Below, in pieces: positions 12,883 through 22,676 of a DNA stretch of 64,000 nucleotides (its first letter is position 1; each line of letters starts with the position of its first letter). Source of the DNA: Malacoraja senta (Eukaryota); the NCBI GenBank assembly GCA_038087875.1, contig JAXLNO010000600.1, forward strand, positions 558,001 to 622,000, in the 5' to 3' direction. Below the pieces are notes generated by a model. It was not told the origin of the DNA. It was given only the letters and a program-made list of their open reading frames with translations, and ran no database searches. A program made the position numbers and the translations under genes.

Positions 12883-13878
12883 ATGAAAAGTACATCTCCA
12901 GGTCAGAGCCCACAGAGGAAAATCTCAAAACATCTGCTGAAGACTTTGGAACAGCAAGAAACTTCAGAACTGACCTCTGGAGAGGTCTCTGGAATGGCTA
13001 CTCGATCTGCAAAAGAGAAAGCCGAAATGGAGGACTTAAGAAACTCGGTAAGAGATATCAAAAATGATATGGAAGCTGGGAACAGTAAATTGATGGCCGG
13101 TAATGATAAAATACTTGAGGGTATTGAGGCTCTCCAAAAAAGAATTGAAGGTGTGGAAAAAGGATTATCGATAAAAATTGAAAAGCTGGCAGAAGAGACC
13201 ACAAAGATGTTTGAGGCTGTGCACGAAACTGTGGCTGCAAATGCATCTGCAGTGAAAGATTTGGAAGCTGCTGTGGAAGTGATGGCTGGAGAGATGCAGA
13301 CTATGAAGTCAGAAATAGACAGTCTCAAGAACCAAGTCACAAAGGTTTCGAATAAATGTGTTGACCTAGAAGCTCGCTCAAGACATCAAAATATAAGAAT
13401 ACGTGGTGTAAAAGAGGGAGCTGAGGGGGACAATGTTTGTGAGTTCGCTGCCAACCTAATTAAACACGTACTGAAGCTACCAGAAGTACCTGTAATTGAA
13501 GTAGCACATCGACTCCCCAGATTTAAATCAAGATCTCAAGGAGAACATGCCTACCCACGACAGATCATAATTAAACTTCGGGATATCTCAACAATGGAAG
13601 CGCTGATGAAAAAAATCAACCACGGAGAGAAGATGATGTACAGAGGTGATACTATTAAACTCCTACGGGACTACCCTTGTGAGATTGAGCAAAAGAGAAG
13701 AAAGTTCTCACAGACCAGAGAAGTTCTTTATGGTGTTAAAGGAGTTTTGTGTGGAGTGTTCTATCCGGCTAGAATGCGTATTACCTTTGAGGGAGTGTCA
13801 AAAACATTCACTAATTCGGATGAATCTCTCAAATACGCTCAAGAAATCGCGACTAAGGCTGCATCAACTGGAGATTGA
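12883..13878 (+). CDS. L1 ORF1p (coiled coil, RRM, CTD)
   Basis: Heptad repeats, DLEARSRHQNIRIRGVKEG, AHR, PRQII, YPARMRI. Confidence 0.93.
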   Translation: MKSTSPGQSPQRKISKHLLKTLEQQETSELTSGEVSGMATRSAKEKAEMEDLRNSVRDIKNDMEAGNSKLMAGNDKILEGIEALQKRIEGVEKGLSIKIEKLAEETTKMFEAVHETVAANASAVKDLEAAVEVMAGEMQTMKSEIDSLKNQVTKVSNKCVDLEARSRHQNIRIRGVKEGAEGDNVCEFAANLIKHVLKLPEVPVIEVAHRLPRFKSRSQGEHAYPRQIIIKLRDISTMEALMKKINHGEKMMYRGDTIKLLRDYPCEIEQKRRKFSQTREVLYGVKGVLCGVFYPARMRITFEGVSKTFTNSDESLKYAQEIATKAASTGD

Positions 13879-15096
13879 AAACCAAGACGACATGAACAAA
13901 CGAACTTGCTTATTCTCCCAACAAGAGTATCACAAGGAAAGTGAATTAACTGAACACTGATTTTTTATTTTTTATTTGACTTCAAGCAACAGATTCTTAG
14001 TGAGACGTGGCTAGACATTATTATCTTCGCTGGAACATTGTGCTATGTAATTCAAGGACACTACGTGCTCAAACGAGGAAAACCTGATAACACGGGACGA
14101 ACTGCTGGGCTGAGAGTGAAAAACATCACATGGCTTATATTGTTTATAAAAAACTGAAAAAACTGAGAACTAATAATAATTAATAATTAACAATACTAAT
14201 ATAGAAATAGCAATTGAAATAGATAAAAAATGTGCAGCCTGCTCTGTTTAGCAGATAACAGCAAGTGCTATGCAGCTCGAGAGTGGAGGGAGGGGGAGAC
14301 CGGGTACCTGGCATAACTCCAGGAGCCAGACTCCCGTTAACCCTTCCAGCGAACAGCTCATTTTTAACAATATTAAAACCAATTTAAAATAGTTAAGAGA
14401 TAATATACACTCGAGGTTGGTATGAAAAATATATACGGCTTATATAGTTTTACAAAATGCTGAGAATTAATCATAATTAATAATTAACAATACTAATATA
14501 GAAATAATATTTGAAACTGATAAAACTGTGGTGCCTGCGTCATAACGCAGACAGCAGTTATCACATATGTTCGCAGCTCGTGGAGAGGAGAGGAGATCAG
14601 GCACCTGGCACAATTCCAGGAACCTGACTCCGGTTAATCCACTCAGTAAACCGCTCACTTTAACAATACTAAATTCATTTTAAAATAGTTAAGAGATAAA
14701 GAGTGAGTAGGATATGGAATCGAATACATTTGACATATATATAAATTGTAACTGGGTGAAACAGAACTGAATTGGAAATGGTAATGACCCCATAGATTTT
14801 GGGTAATAAATACAGCGGGGCTAACTTTATACCAACTACGCCGGAAGCGTTATGGATGTCGTACCCCACAGACGAGTGGGCCACTCACTACGGTGTTGAA
14901 ATTTTAGACACCGTAAATTTATTTGACTTATATATATTTTTTTTAATCACAATATGTCACATCTGTGTGTTTTTTCTTCAAGGACAATCGCGCAGGAGAA
15001 CTACCAAGGAAGTCTATAATAGAAATACTCCCAAAATAACCAGAGTCCGGAGGTATGAACGCACCATAATAATTAAGGTCATTAAAACTGGTAAAA

Positions 15097-18000
15097 ATGC
15101 ATGACGACAATCAAAAGAAAATAGGAGGAATCACATTATGTAGTTGGAATATAAGGGGGATTAATGAACCTATTAAAAGGGGCAAGATACTAGCTCAGTT
15201 GAAATCATACAACACGGACATTGCGTTTCTACAGGAAACACATCTTAAACAGCAAGATCAGACAAGACTGAGGGCGAACTGGATAGGCCAAACATTTCAC
15301 TCTTCATTTACCTCCAAATCTAGAGGTACTGCAATTATTATTCGTAAAGGAATTCCATTTAAATCAAAGAACACTATTTTAGATAAGGAAGGGAGATATC
15401 TTATAGTAGCAGGGGAGATCAATAATATGCCAATTACGCTGGTAAACATATATGCGCCCAACTTTGATAACCCTCAATTTTTTAATAAAATTCTGAATAT
15501 AATTGCAGAATCTAATTATCAAAATGTTATAATCGGAGGAGATTTTAATTGTGTTTTAGATCCTTATTTAGATAAATCGATGCAAAAACAAAAAGGTCAG
15601 ACGAAATCTAAAACCAGTGAACTCTTACACACATATATGGAAAACACAAATATAACAGATGTATGGAGGATTGCAAACCCGACGGGAAGGGATTACTCGT
15701 TTTATTCAATGGTGCATAAAACATATTCACGGATAGACTATTTTCTTGTGGATACAAAATTAATTCCGCAATCTCTGAATCCTAAATATCATATTAATGC
15801 GATCTCAGATCATTCTCCGTTAACTTTTGTTCTAAAACTAGAAGGAATGTCTATGAATAAACCGTTCTGGAGGTTTAACTCACAAATTTTAAAAGACCCT
15901 CAAGGGAGTATCTATCTAAAAAAACAGATGGATCTATTTTTTGAGTTAAATGATACACCAGAGATATCCCCCACGTTATTATGGGAATCCTTCAAAGCAT
16001 TTATAAGAGGAGTCATTATTTCATTTCAAGCTTATCAAAATAAAAAGAATAAGAATGAACAAAGACACTTAGAAGATCAAATAAAACAGTTAGATATAGA
16101 TAATGCTAAAGACCCAACTATGGATAAACATAATAAAATACTACTACTGAAATTTCAGTTAAATAAATTACTGTCAGAGAAAGTTATAACATTATTTCAA
16201 ATCACAAAACAAGAACACTTCGAATTCGGGGACAAACCCCACAAACTTCTAGCACGACAACTTAAAAAACGGGAAAAAGAGAATGCAATATTAAAGATTA
16301 AATCAGATAGAGGGGAAGTATTAACACTACCCAAGGATATTAATAAAAGATTTGCTCAATTTTACCAGAATCTATACACATCTAAAACGTCAATAGACAA
16401 TAATAAAATCTCAGAATTTTTAGATAATTGTAATCTACCACAATTAGAACGCAGGGAACAAGAGGAACTGGGAGCACAAATTACTTCTAAGGAGATAGAA
16501 GACACAATAAAAACACTAAAAAATGGAAAAACACCAGGACCAGACGGATTCAGTAATGAATTTTATAAATCTTTTTATGATATAGTTACTCCACGATTAC
16601 AAAAAATGTATACATATGCTTATAAAGAGCAAAACCTACCTGAAACACTAGCGGAATCAACGATCATATTAATACTTAAAAAAGATAAAAATATAGAAGA
16701 ACCAGGATCATATAGAGCTATTGCTTTGTTAAATACGGATCAGAAAATAATAGCAAAAACATTAGCCAATAGATTAAGCAAGTATGTTAGTAGACTAATA
16801 CATGAGGATCAAACAGGATTTATACCTAAGAGACACTCATTTAATAATTTGAGACGTTTGCTTAACATAATGCATTCACATAAATCTTATGACCAAGAGT
16901 TAGCTATCATCTCACTGGACGCAGAAAAAGCGTTTGATCAAGTAGAATGGGACTATATGATCAAAGTATTGCAAAAATTCCAATTGGGAGAAAACTTTAT
17001 TGCATGGATAAAACTACTATATAACAAACCTACGGCTAGAATACTAACTAATAATATATTATCTTCAAAATTCGAATTATCTAGGGGCAACAGACAAGGA
17101 TGTTCACTATCACCGCTGTTATTTGCTTTGGTAATTGAACCCCTTGCTGAAAAAATAAGAACACACTCGAATATTCACGGTTATAACACAAAATATTCAA
17201 ACAACAAACTATCCCTATATGCTGATGATGTACTACTGTACATCACAAAACCACAAATTAGTATACCAAATATATTAAACTTAATTGAGGACTTTGGATC
17301 CTTTTCAGGATATAGAATAAATTGGAACAAAAGTGAAATTATGTCGATTAAACCAAAAGACTCAACACATCTCAGGAAATTCCCTTTTAAAATAGCTATG
17401 GAAAAATTCAAATATTTAGGAATTGAGATTACTAGAAATTACCATGATATGTTTAAAGCTAATTATAATCCCCTACTTAAGAAATTAAATAATTTGATTA
17501 AATTTTGGAAAACACTTCCGATGTCCTTAATAGGTAGGATAAATGCTATAAAAATGATTTTCTTACCACAAATCCTTTACCTATTTCAATCAATACCTAT
17601 ATATCTCCCAAAAAAGTTTTTCAAAAAACTGGACTCAGACATTACAAATTTTATATGGGATTACAAATCCCACAGAATACAAAGAACACACCTTAACAAA
17701 CGAAAAGAGTTGGGGGGTCTAGCGCTCCCTAACTTTATGTATTATAACTGGGCAGTAAATATTAAAAATATGATTCACCTGCTGGACAATTCTGCCCAGC
17801 AGGTGGACTGGATTATAATGGAAAAAGGGGATTGCTCCCCGAATAATATAGGAGCGATTATTCTCTCTCCAATAAATTTGAATAATAAAAATTATAATAA
17901 AAATCCAATTATATATAGCACTATTAGAACATGGAAGCAAATAAAACAGAATCTAAAATTAAGAAACCTATCTCTCTTAATACCAATAGTCAATAACCCA

Positions 18001-18888
18001 TCGTTTAAACCTTCAATCATAGATAAATCATTTATACAATGGGAAAGAATGGGAATCAAAACGCTCGAAGATCTGTATGAATTAGAAAAATTACTATCAT
18101 TTCAACAACTACAACTGAAATATAATTTGAAAAATAATCAATATTTTAAATATCTACAAATCTGTGACTATTTGAAAACACACACAAAAGATTATTATAA
18201 TATGCCTTCCGACTTACTAGATGAAGCAATGAAGACAAAGGCGGAATCAGTTAATTTAATATCATACTTATATAATATCATCTTAAACATAGAAATACCC
18301 ACAACAGATGGAATTAGAAGAGATTGGGAACAAGATCTAGGTATAAAAATTTCAAAAGAGAGTTGGGATAATCATTTATTACAGGTGCATAAATGCTCGA
18401 TCAACGTACGACATACGCTTATCCAATTTAAAACATTACATAGATTATATTATTCAAAAACCAAACTAAATAAAATCTTTCCTAACGTCTCACCAATCTG
18501 TGATAAATGTATATGTCAAGAAGCTACCATAGCACATTCTTTTGTTTTTTGTACAAAAATCCAAAAATTCTGGTTTGAAATATTTGATATTTTTTCAAAA
18601 TTAATCAAAATAAAACTCGTACCAAAACCAGAATGGATTATTTTTGGAATATCGGAAGGTATTCCTGAATTAAACGTGTATCAGAAGAATTTACTCAATT
18701 ATGGGCTAATAATGGGAAAAAAGCTTATACTTAAATTCTGGAAAAATGCGCCCACACCAACAATAAAAATGTGGACATCAAATATGTTGGAAACATTACA
18801 TCTGGAAGAGATGAGATTCCTCCTAGTAGGCAAAGTAGACCAATTTCAAAAGACGTGGTCTACGTTTTTGGACCTATTACAAGCATGA
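15097..18888 (+). CDS. L1 ORF2p (APE endonuclease, RT, C-terminal CCHC)
   Basis: SWNIRG, LQETH, GGDFN, SRIDY, SDHSP, GPDG, LDAEKAFD, QGCSLSP, YADD, CDKC..H...C; 1263 aa uninterrupted. Confidence 0.97.
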   Translation: MHDDNQKKIGGITLCSWNIRGINEPIKRGKILAQLKSYNTDIAFLQETHLKQQDQTRLRANWIGQTFHSSFTSKSRGTAIIIRKGIPFKSKNTILDKEGRYLIVAGEINNMPITLVNIYAPNFDNPQFFNKILNIIAESNYQNVIIGGDFNCVLDPYLDKSMQKQKGQTKSKTSELLHTYMENTNITDVWRIANPTGRDYSFYSMVHKTYSRIDYFLVDTKLIPQSLNPKYHINAISDHSPLTFVLKLEGMSMNKPFWRFNSQILKDPQGSIYLKKQMDLFFELNDTPEISPTLLWESFKAFIRGVIISFQAYQNKKNKNEQRHLEDQIKQLDIDNAKDPTMDKHNKILLLKFQLNKLLSEKVITLFQITKQEHFEFGDKPHKLLARQLKKREKENAILKIKSDRGEVLTLPKDINKRFAQFYQNLYTSKTSIDNNKISEFLDNCNLPQLERREQEELGAQITSKEIEDTIKTLKNGKTPGPDGFSNEFYKSFYDIVTPRLQKMYTYAYKEQNLPETLAESTIILILKKDKNIEEPGSYRAIALLNTDQKIIAKTLANRLSKYVSRLIHEDQTGFIPKRHSFNNLRRLLNIMHSHKSYDQELAIISLDAEKAFDQVEWDYMIKVLQKFQLGENFIAWIKLLYNKPTARILTNNILSSKFELSRGNRQGCSLSPLLFALVIEPLAEKIRTHSNIHGYNTKYSNNKLSLYADDVLLYITKPQISIPNILNLIEDFGSFSGYRINWNKSEIMSIKPKDSTHLRKFPFKIAMEKFKYLGIEITRNYHDMFKANYNPLLKKLNNLIKFWKTLPMSLIGRINAIKMIFLPQILYLFQSIPIYLPKKFFKKLDSDITNFIWDYKSHRIQRTHLNKRKELGGLALPNFMYYNWAVNIKNMIHLLDNSAQQVDWIIMEKGDCSPNNIGAIILSPINLNNKNYNKNPIIYSTIRTWKQIKQNLKLRNLSLLIPIVNNPSFKPSIIDKSFIQWERMGIKTLEDLYELEKLLSFQQLQLKYNLKNNQYFKYLQICDYLKTHTKDYYNMPSDLLDEAMKTKAESVNLISYLYNIILNIEIPTTDGIRRDWEQDLGIKISKESWDNHLLQVHKCSINVRHTLIQFKTLHRLYYSKTKLNKIFPNVSPICDKCICQEATIAHSFVFCTKIQKFWFEIFDIFSKLIKIKLVPKPEWIIFGISEGIPELNVYQKNLLNYGLIMGKKLILKFWKNAPTPTIKMWTSNMLETLHLEEMRFLLVGKVDQFQKTWSTFLDLLQA

Positions 18889-21064
18889 GGTGCAATAGTA
18901 ATTTAGAAAAACAAATAAATAAATAAAAGGTATCTGGACCTGGTAATGGGAGGTAAAACAAAAACAGACTTGGTTGGTAGTTCCTTCTCTATGAAGTATG
19001 TTATAAGAGTTATAATAGAGCGATTGTTCCTTCTTTCTTTCTCTTTCTTTTCTAGGGTCTATTTTCTAACTTTACTTCCTTCTCTAACTTCTTTTCTAAG
19101 GGGCTTTCTTTTCCCAACACTCTTTTGCACTTCACAACCTTTGCGCACTTTCTTCACTTTTCTTACTTCTTTCTTTTTCTTTCTTAAAGTTTAAAAAAGT
19201 GAAGCGGTACAAAAAATGTATTAATATATACGTGTTGTACATTACTGTAATCTACCGTACTTCTATTAAAAAAATTATTTTAAAAAAAAAATAAAAAAAA
19301 AGGTTCACAAGGCAGTTGTCCCAGCTGTCCTCCGGGACAAGTACTACAATGCCGTCCACAGGGGCCACCCCGGTGTAAAGGCAACCTTACAACGGGCACA
19401 GAGCATGTTTTACTGGCCTGGTATGACCACGTACACATGTGACAAAACTGAGGTCTGCGCCATCTGCAAAAGCCTGACACCACACCAGCAGAAGCAGCCC
19501 TTACTATCGCACCCGGTTCCTCCTCTGCCGTGGTCCACGGTAGCCAGCGACATATTCGAATGGCATGGGAAACACTATTTGGTCGACTCATATTCGGGCT
19601 GGTTCGAAAATGACCAAACCATCCAGCTCACCAGTCAGTTCTTCAGAAACTTCGCTCGACGATGGGATTTTCGACATACCACCTGCAGCCCTGAGTTTCC
19701 GCAGTTCAACGGACTCGCCGAACGGGCTGTTCGCAGCGCAAAACAATGAATGGAGCGTTCTTATCTTGCAAAATCCGACGTCTACCTGGGCTTGCTCAAC
19801 ATTGACCGCGATCCCATACTGGGTTTCCAGCCCAACGACTGATGTCTCGTCAAACCCGTGCTGCCCTGACCGTACCCCAGCAGCTGTTGCAGCCACAGGT
19901 CCGTTCACCTCCCGTGGTCCAGAAACAACTCCAAATGAAGCGTGATGCACAAAAACGATCTTTGGACAAGTCCAGCAAGCCACTTAAACCTCTCTCCAGT
20001 GGACAGGTTGTTCGCCTCCAGACCAACAAGGGCTATGGCCGTCTGGGTCACATCCACAGCCGCGCTAAAGAACCGCGCTCCTACCTGGTAAGCGCGGACG
20101 GGGGAATTTACAGACGCAACTGTCAACATCTCCTTCCTGTGAAGGGACCATGTCTTTCTGCTCCGTATCCAGAGGTCACACGTTTATATTTACCCTCCCA
20201 CTGCCGGGCCGGCTGCTCCACAACCACCGACTGCGTCCCCCGCGGCCTCTCCACGACGTTCTGCGCCCAGCTCGCCTATTTCCCCACCTCCACTCGGCGG
20301 ATCTCCGTCCCCGGTCACTTCACCGGTGAAAGGAGACGCGGATTTATCCCGCATGCGCTACGGACGGGTCAGCAGGCCACCTCTTAGACACGGAGATTGT
20401 GCGTAATCATCTATAATTCCCCATATGCCTTATTAGCATTTCGGCTACTGTATTATTTAGCCACCATGTGTCTATGCTTTATTTTGTTTGGAAAGATGTA
20501 GATTGGTTACCTCTTACTAACCAATTGTAGTGCTTGTTAGTAGAAGCTCCGCCTACTATGCAGTTTATATTATCAAAAGTCTGCTTAAGTATTTAGTCTG
20601 AGTAGCTGCTAGTTACTGTAACACCATGCAGGTGAATGCTGTAAGTGAACTTTAATAAACATGTGTTGTACCTTGACGTGCGTACGACTCGACTCATTAC
20701 AATCGGTGAGACCAAGCGCAGGCTTGGCGATCGCTTCGCCCAACGCTTTCGCTCAGTTCGCAATAACCAACCTGATCTCCCGGTGGCTCAGCACCTCAAC
20801 TACCCCTCTCATTCCAAAACCGACCTTTCTGTCCTGGGCCTCCTTCATGGCCAGAGTGAGTCCCACCGTAAATTGGAGGAGCAGCACCTCATATTTCGCT
20901 TGGGTAGTTTACACCCCAGCGGTATGAATATTGACTTCTCCAATTTCAGGTATTCCTTGCTTTCTCCCTCTTTCCACTCCCCTTCCCAGCTCTCCCACAG
21001 CCCAGTCTCTGCCTCTTCCTTTCTTCTTTCCCCCCCACCCCCACCCCCACATCAGTCTGAAGAA

Positions 21065-21965
21065 CATTGCCCAGTCTACCTACTCCAACCAGTCCTGGAG
21101 TTGTTCCTCTGCCTCCCCTGACCAACTCTGTACAGTCCTCACCTCTGGGGGTGCGCTGTTCAGTTGCTGCCTGTAGGCAGGAAGAAGCAGCACCGCTGAA
21201 TGGTCGGATTTTCCGAAGTGAGGGTGAGGGATAGAGCAATAGGCGTCTTTGATGGTCGTGTAGCAGTGGTCGAGGATGTTTGGTCCTCTGGTGCTGCAGG
21301 AGACATGTTGATGGATGTTAGGGAGCGATTTCTTCAGGTTGGCTTTGTTGAAGTCCCCGGCTACGGTGGTAAATGCCTCGGGGTAAGCCGTCTGGTGCTT
21401 GTTGACCACGGCGTGCAGCTCCTCCAATGCCAGACGGACGTCTGCCTGGGGTGGGATGTAGACCGCGGTCAGAATGATGGTGAATTCCATTGGTGGGTAG
21501 AAGGGGCGGCACTTCACCACCAGATGTTCCAGGTGTGGAGAACAGGAGTTAGACAGGACTGCCACATATGAGCACCACGCAGAGTTGACCATGAGGCAGA
21601 CGCCCCCTCCTCTCGCTTTCCCAGATGCCAGTGTACGGTCCATACGGTGGATGGAGAAACCTTCAGGCTGGACCGCTGAGTCTGGGGAGCTGGGGGTGAG
21701 CCATATCTCTGTGAAACAGAACACAGAGCATTCCCTCAGCTCCCTTTGGTAAAGCAGCCTTGCCCTTCTCCAATATGTTTTCTAGTGACTGTATGTTGGC
21801 CAGTAGGATGGTAGGGAGAGGGGGCCGAAGTACCCTACGCTTCAGTCTTACTTGTAGTCCTGCCCGACGACCACGTTTCCGTACTCCATGAAGGCCTCCT
21901 CGGTGTTTACAGGTGTTTACAGGTCCAGTACTTGCGATTCTCCGCGAGTTCGGGGATTCCCTTAC
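21065..21965 (-). mobile_element. Rex1/Babar endonuclease region (5' part)
   Basis: LPTILLANIQSLEN, CFTEIWL, GGGVC, VYIPP, AGDFN, SDH. Confidence 0.88.
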
Positions 21966-21969
21966 AGGT

Positions 21970-22070
21970 GTTTAAAAGGACCGGACAAGCTAGATGCAGG
22001 AAAAATGTTCCCAATGTTGGGGGAGTCCAGAACCAGGGACACAGTCTAAGAATAAAGGGGAGGCCATTTA
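21970..22070 (+). mobile_element. CR1 fragment
   Basis: ggacaagctagatgcaggaaaaatgttcccaatg...aaggggaggccattta. Confidence 0.8.
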
Positions 22071-22170
22071 AAGGGTCTGTCCCAATTAGCGAGTTTATCG
22101 GCAACTACAGGCGACTAAGCTGTCGCCACATGGTCGCGGGGTGACGCCTGTATGGTCCAGGCATGCGACA
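22071..22170. mobile_element. PIF/Harbinger terminal fragment
   Basis: agggtctgtccca.. after taa, similar to the terminus gggcctgtcccac at 42098. Confidence 0.5.
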
Positions 22171-22676
22171 GGAAAAAAATGAAAAAAGAGGAAGATGGCT
22201 GATCATCCACAATCAGTACCCTGTTTATGCAGAGAATTTATGATAATTATACCTTCAAATGACACCATTTCCTTGCGTGTTCAGCATAGGTTCACAAGGT
22301 TAATGCCCGGGATGGCGGGACTGTCATATGCTGAGAGAATGAAGCGGCTGGGCTTGTATACTCTGGAATTTAGAAGGATGAGAGGGAATCTCATTGAAAC
22401 ATATAAGATTATTAAGCGTTTGGACACGGTAGAGGCAGTAAACATGTTCCCAATGTTGGGAAGTCCAGAACCAGGGGCCACAGTTTAAGAATAAGGGATA
22501 AGCTATTTAGAACGAAGACGAGAAAACAATTTTTCACACAGAGAGTTGTGAGTCTATGGAATTCTCTGCCTCAGGGGGCGGTGGAGGCCAGTTCTCTGGA
22601 TACTTTCAAGAGAGAGCTAGATAGGGCTCTTAAAGACAGCGGAGTCAGGGGGATATGGGAAGAAGGCAGGAACGGG

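Larger units (their letters stand above)
12697..19299 (+). mobile_element. Full-length L1-clade LINE
   Basis: CpG-rich 5' UTR, two open ORFs, poly(A), and a 14-bp TSD aaggt(c/t)cacaaggc at 12683-12696 and 19300-19313. Confidence 0.96.
8964..20701 (+). mobile_element. Gypsy LTR retrotransposon, internally deleted (gag start, RNase H and integrase remnants; no protease/RT seen)
   Basis: TG..CA LTRs at 8964-9572 and 20497-20701; 5-bp TSD atcgg; PBS-like tggtgtcaagag at 11395; purine tract before the 3' LTR; RYAQI.KELLAVVFAC, GHPG..FYWPGM and VDSYSGWFE motifs. Confidence 0.9.
8911..21064 (+). mobile_element. Penelope-like fragment split by the Gypsy element (8911-8963 and 20702-21064)
   Basis: ctgatctacatcgg|tgagaccaagcg rejoins into the GIY-YIG YIGETKR motif, as at 3880-3910. 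Confidence 0.85.

Noticed and set aside
14799..15104. 101-aa ORF in the L1 spacer as a third L1 protein
   Set aside because: Non-ATG start and no motif; cannot be supported without conservation data
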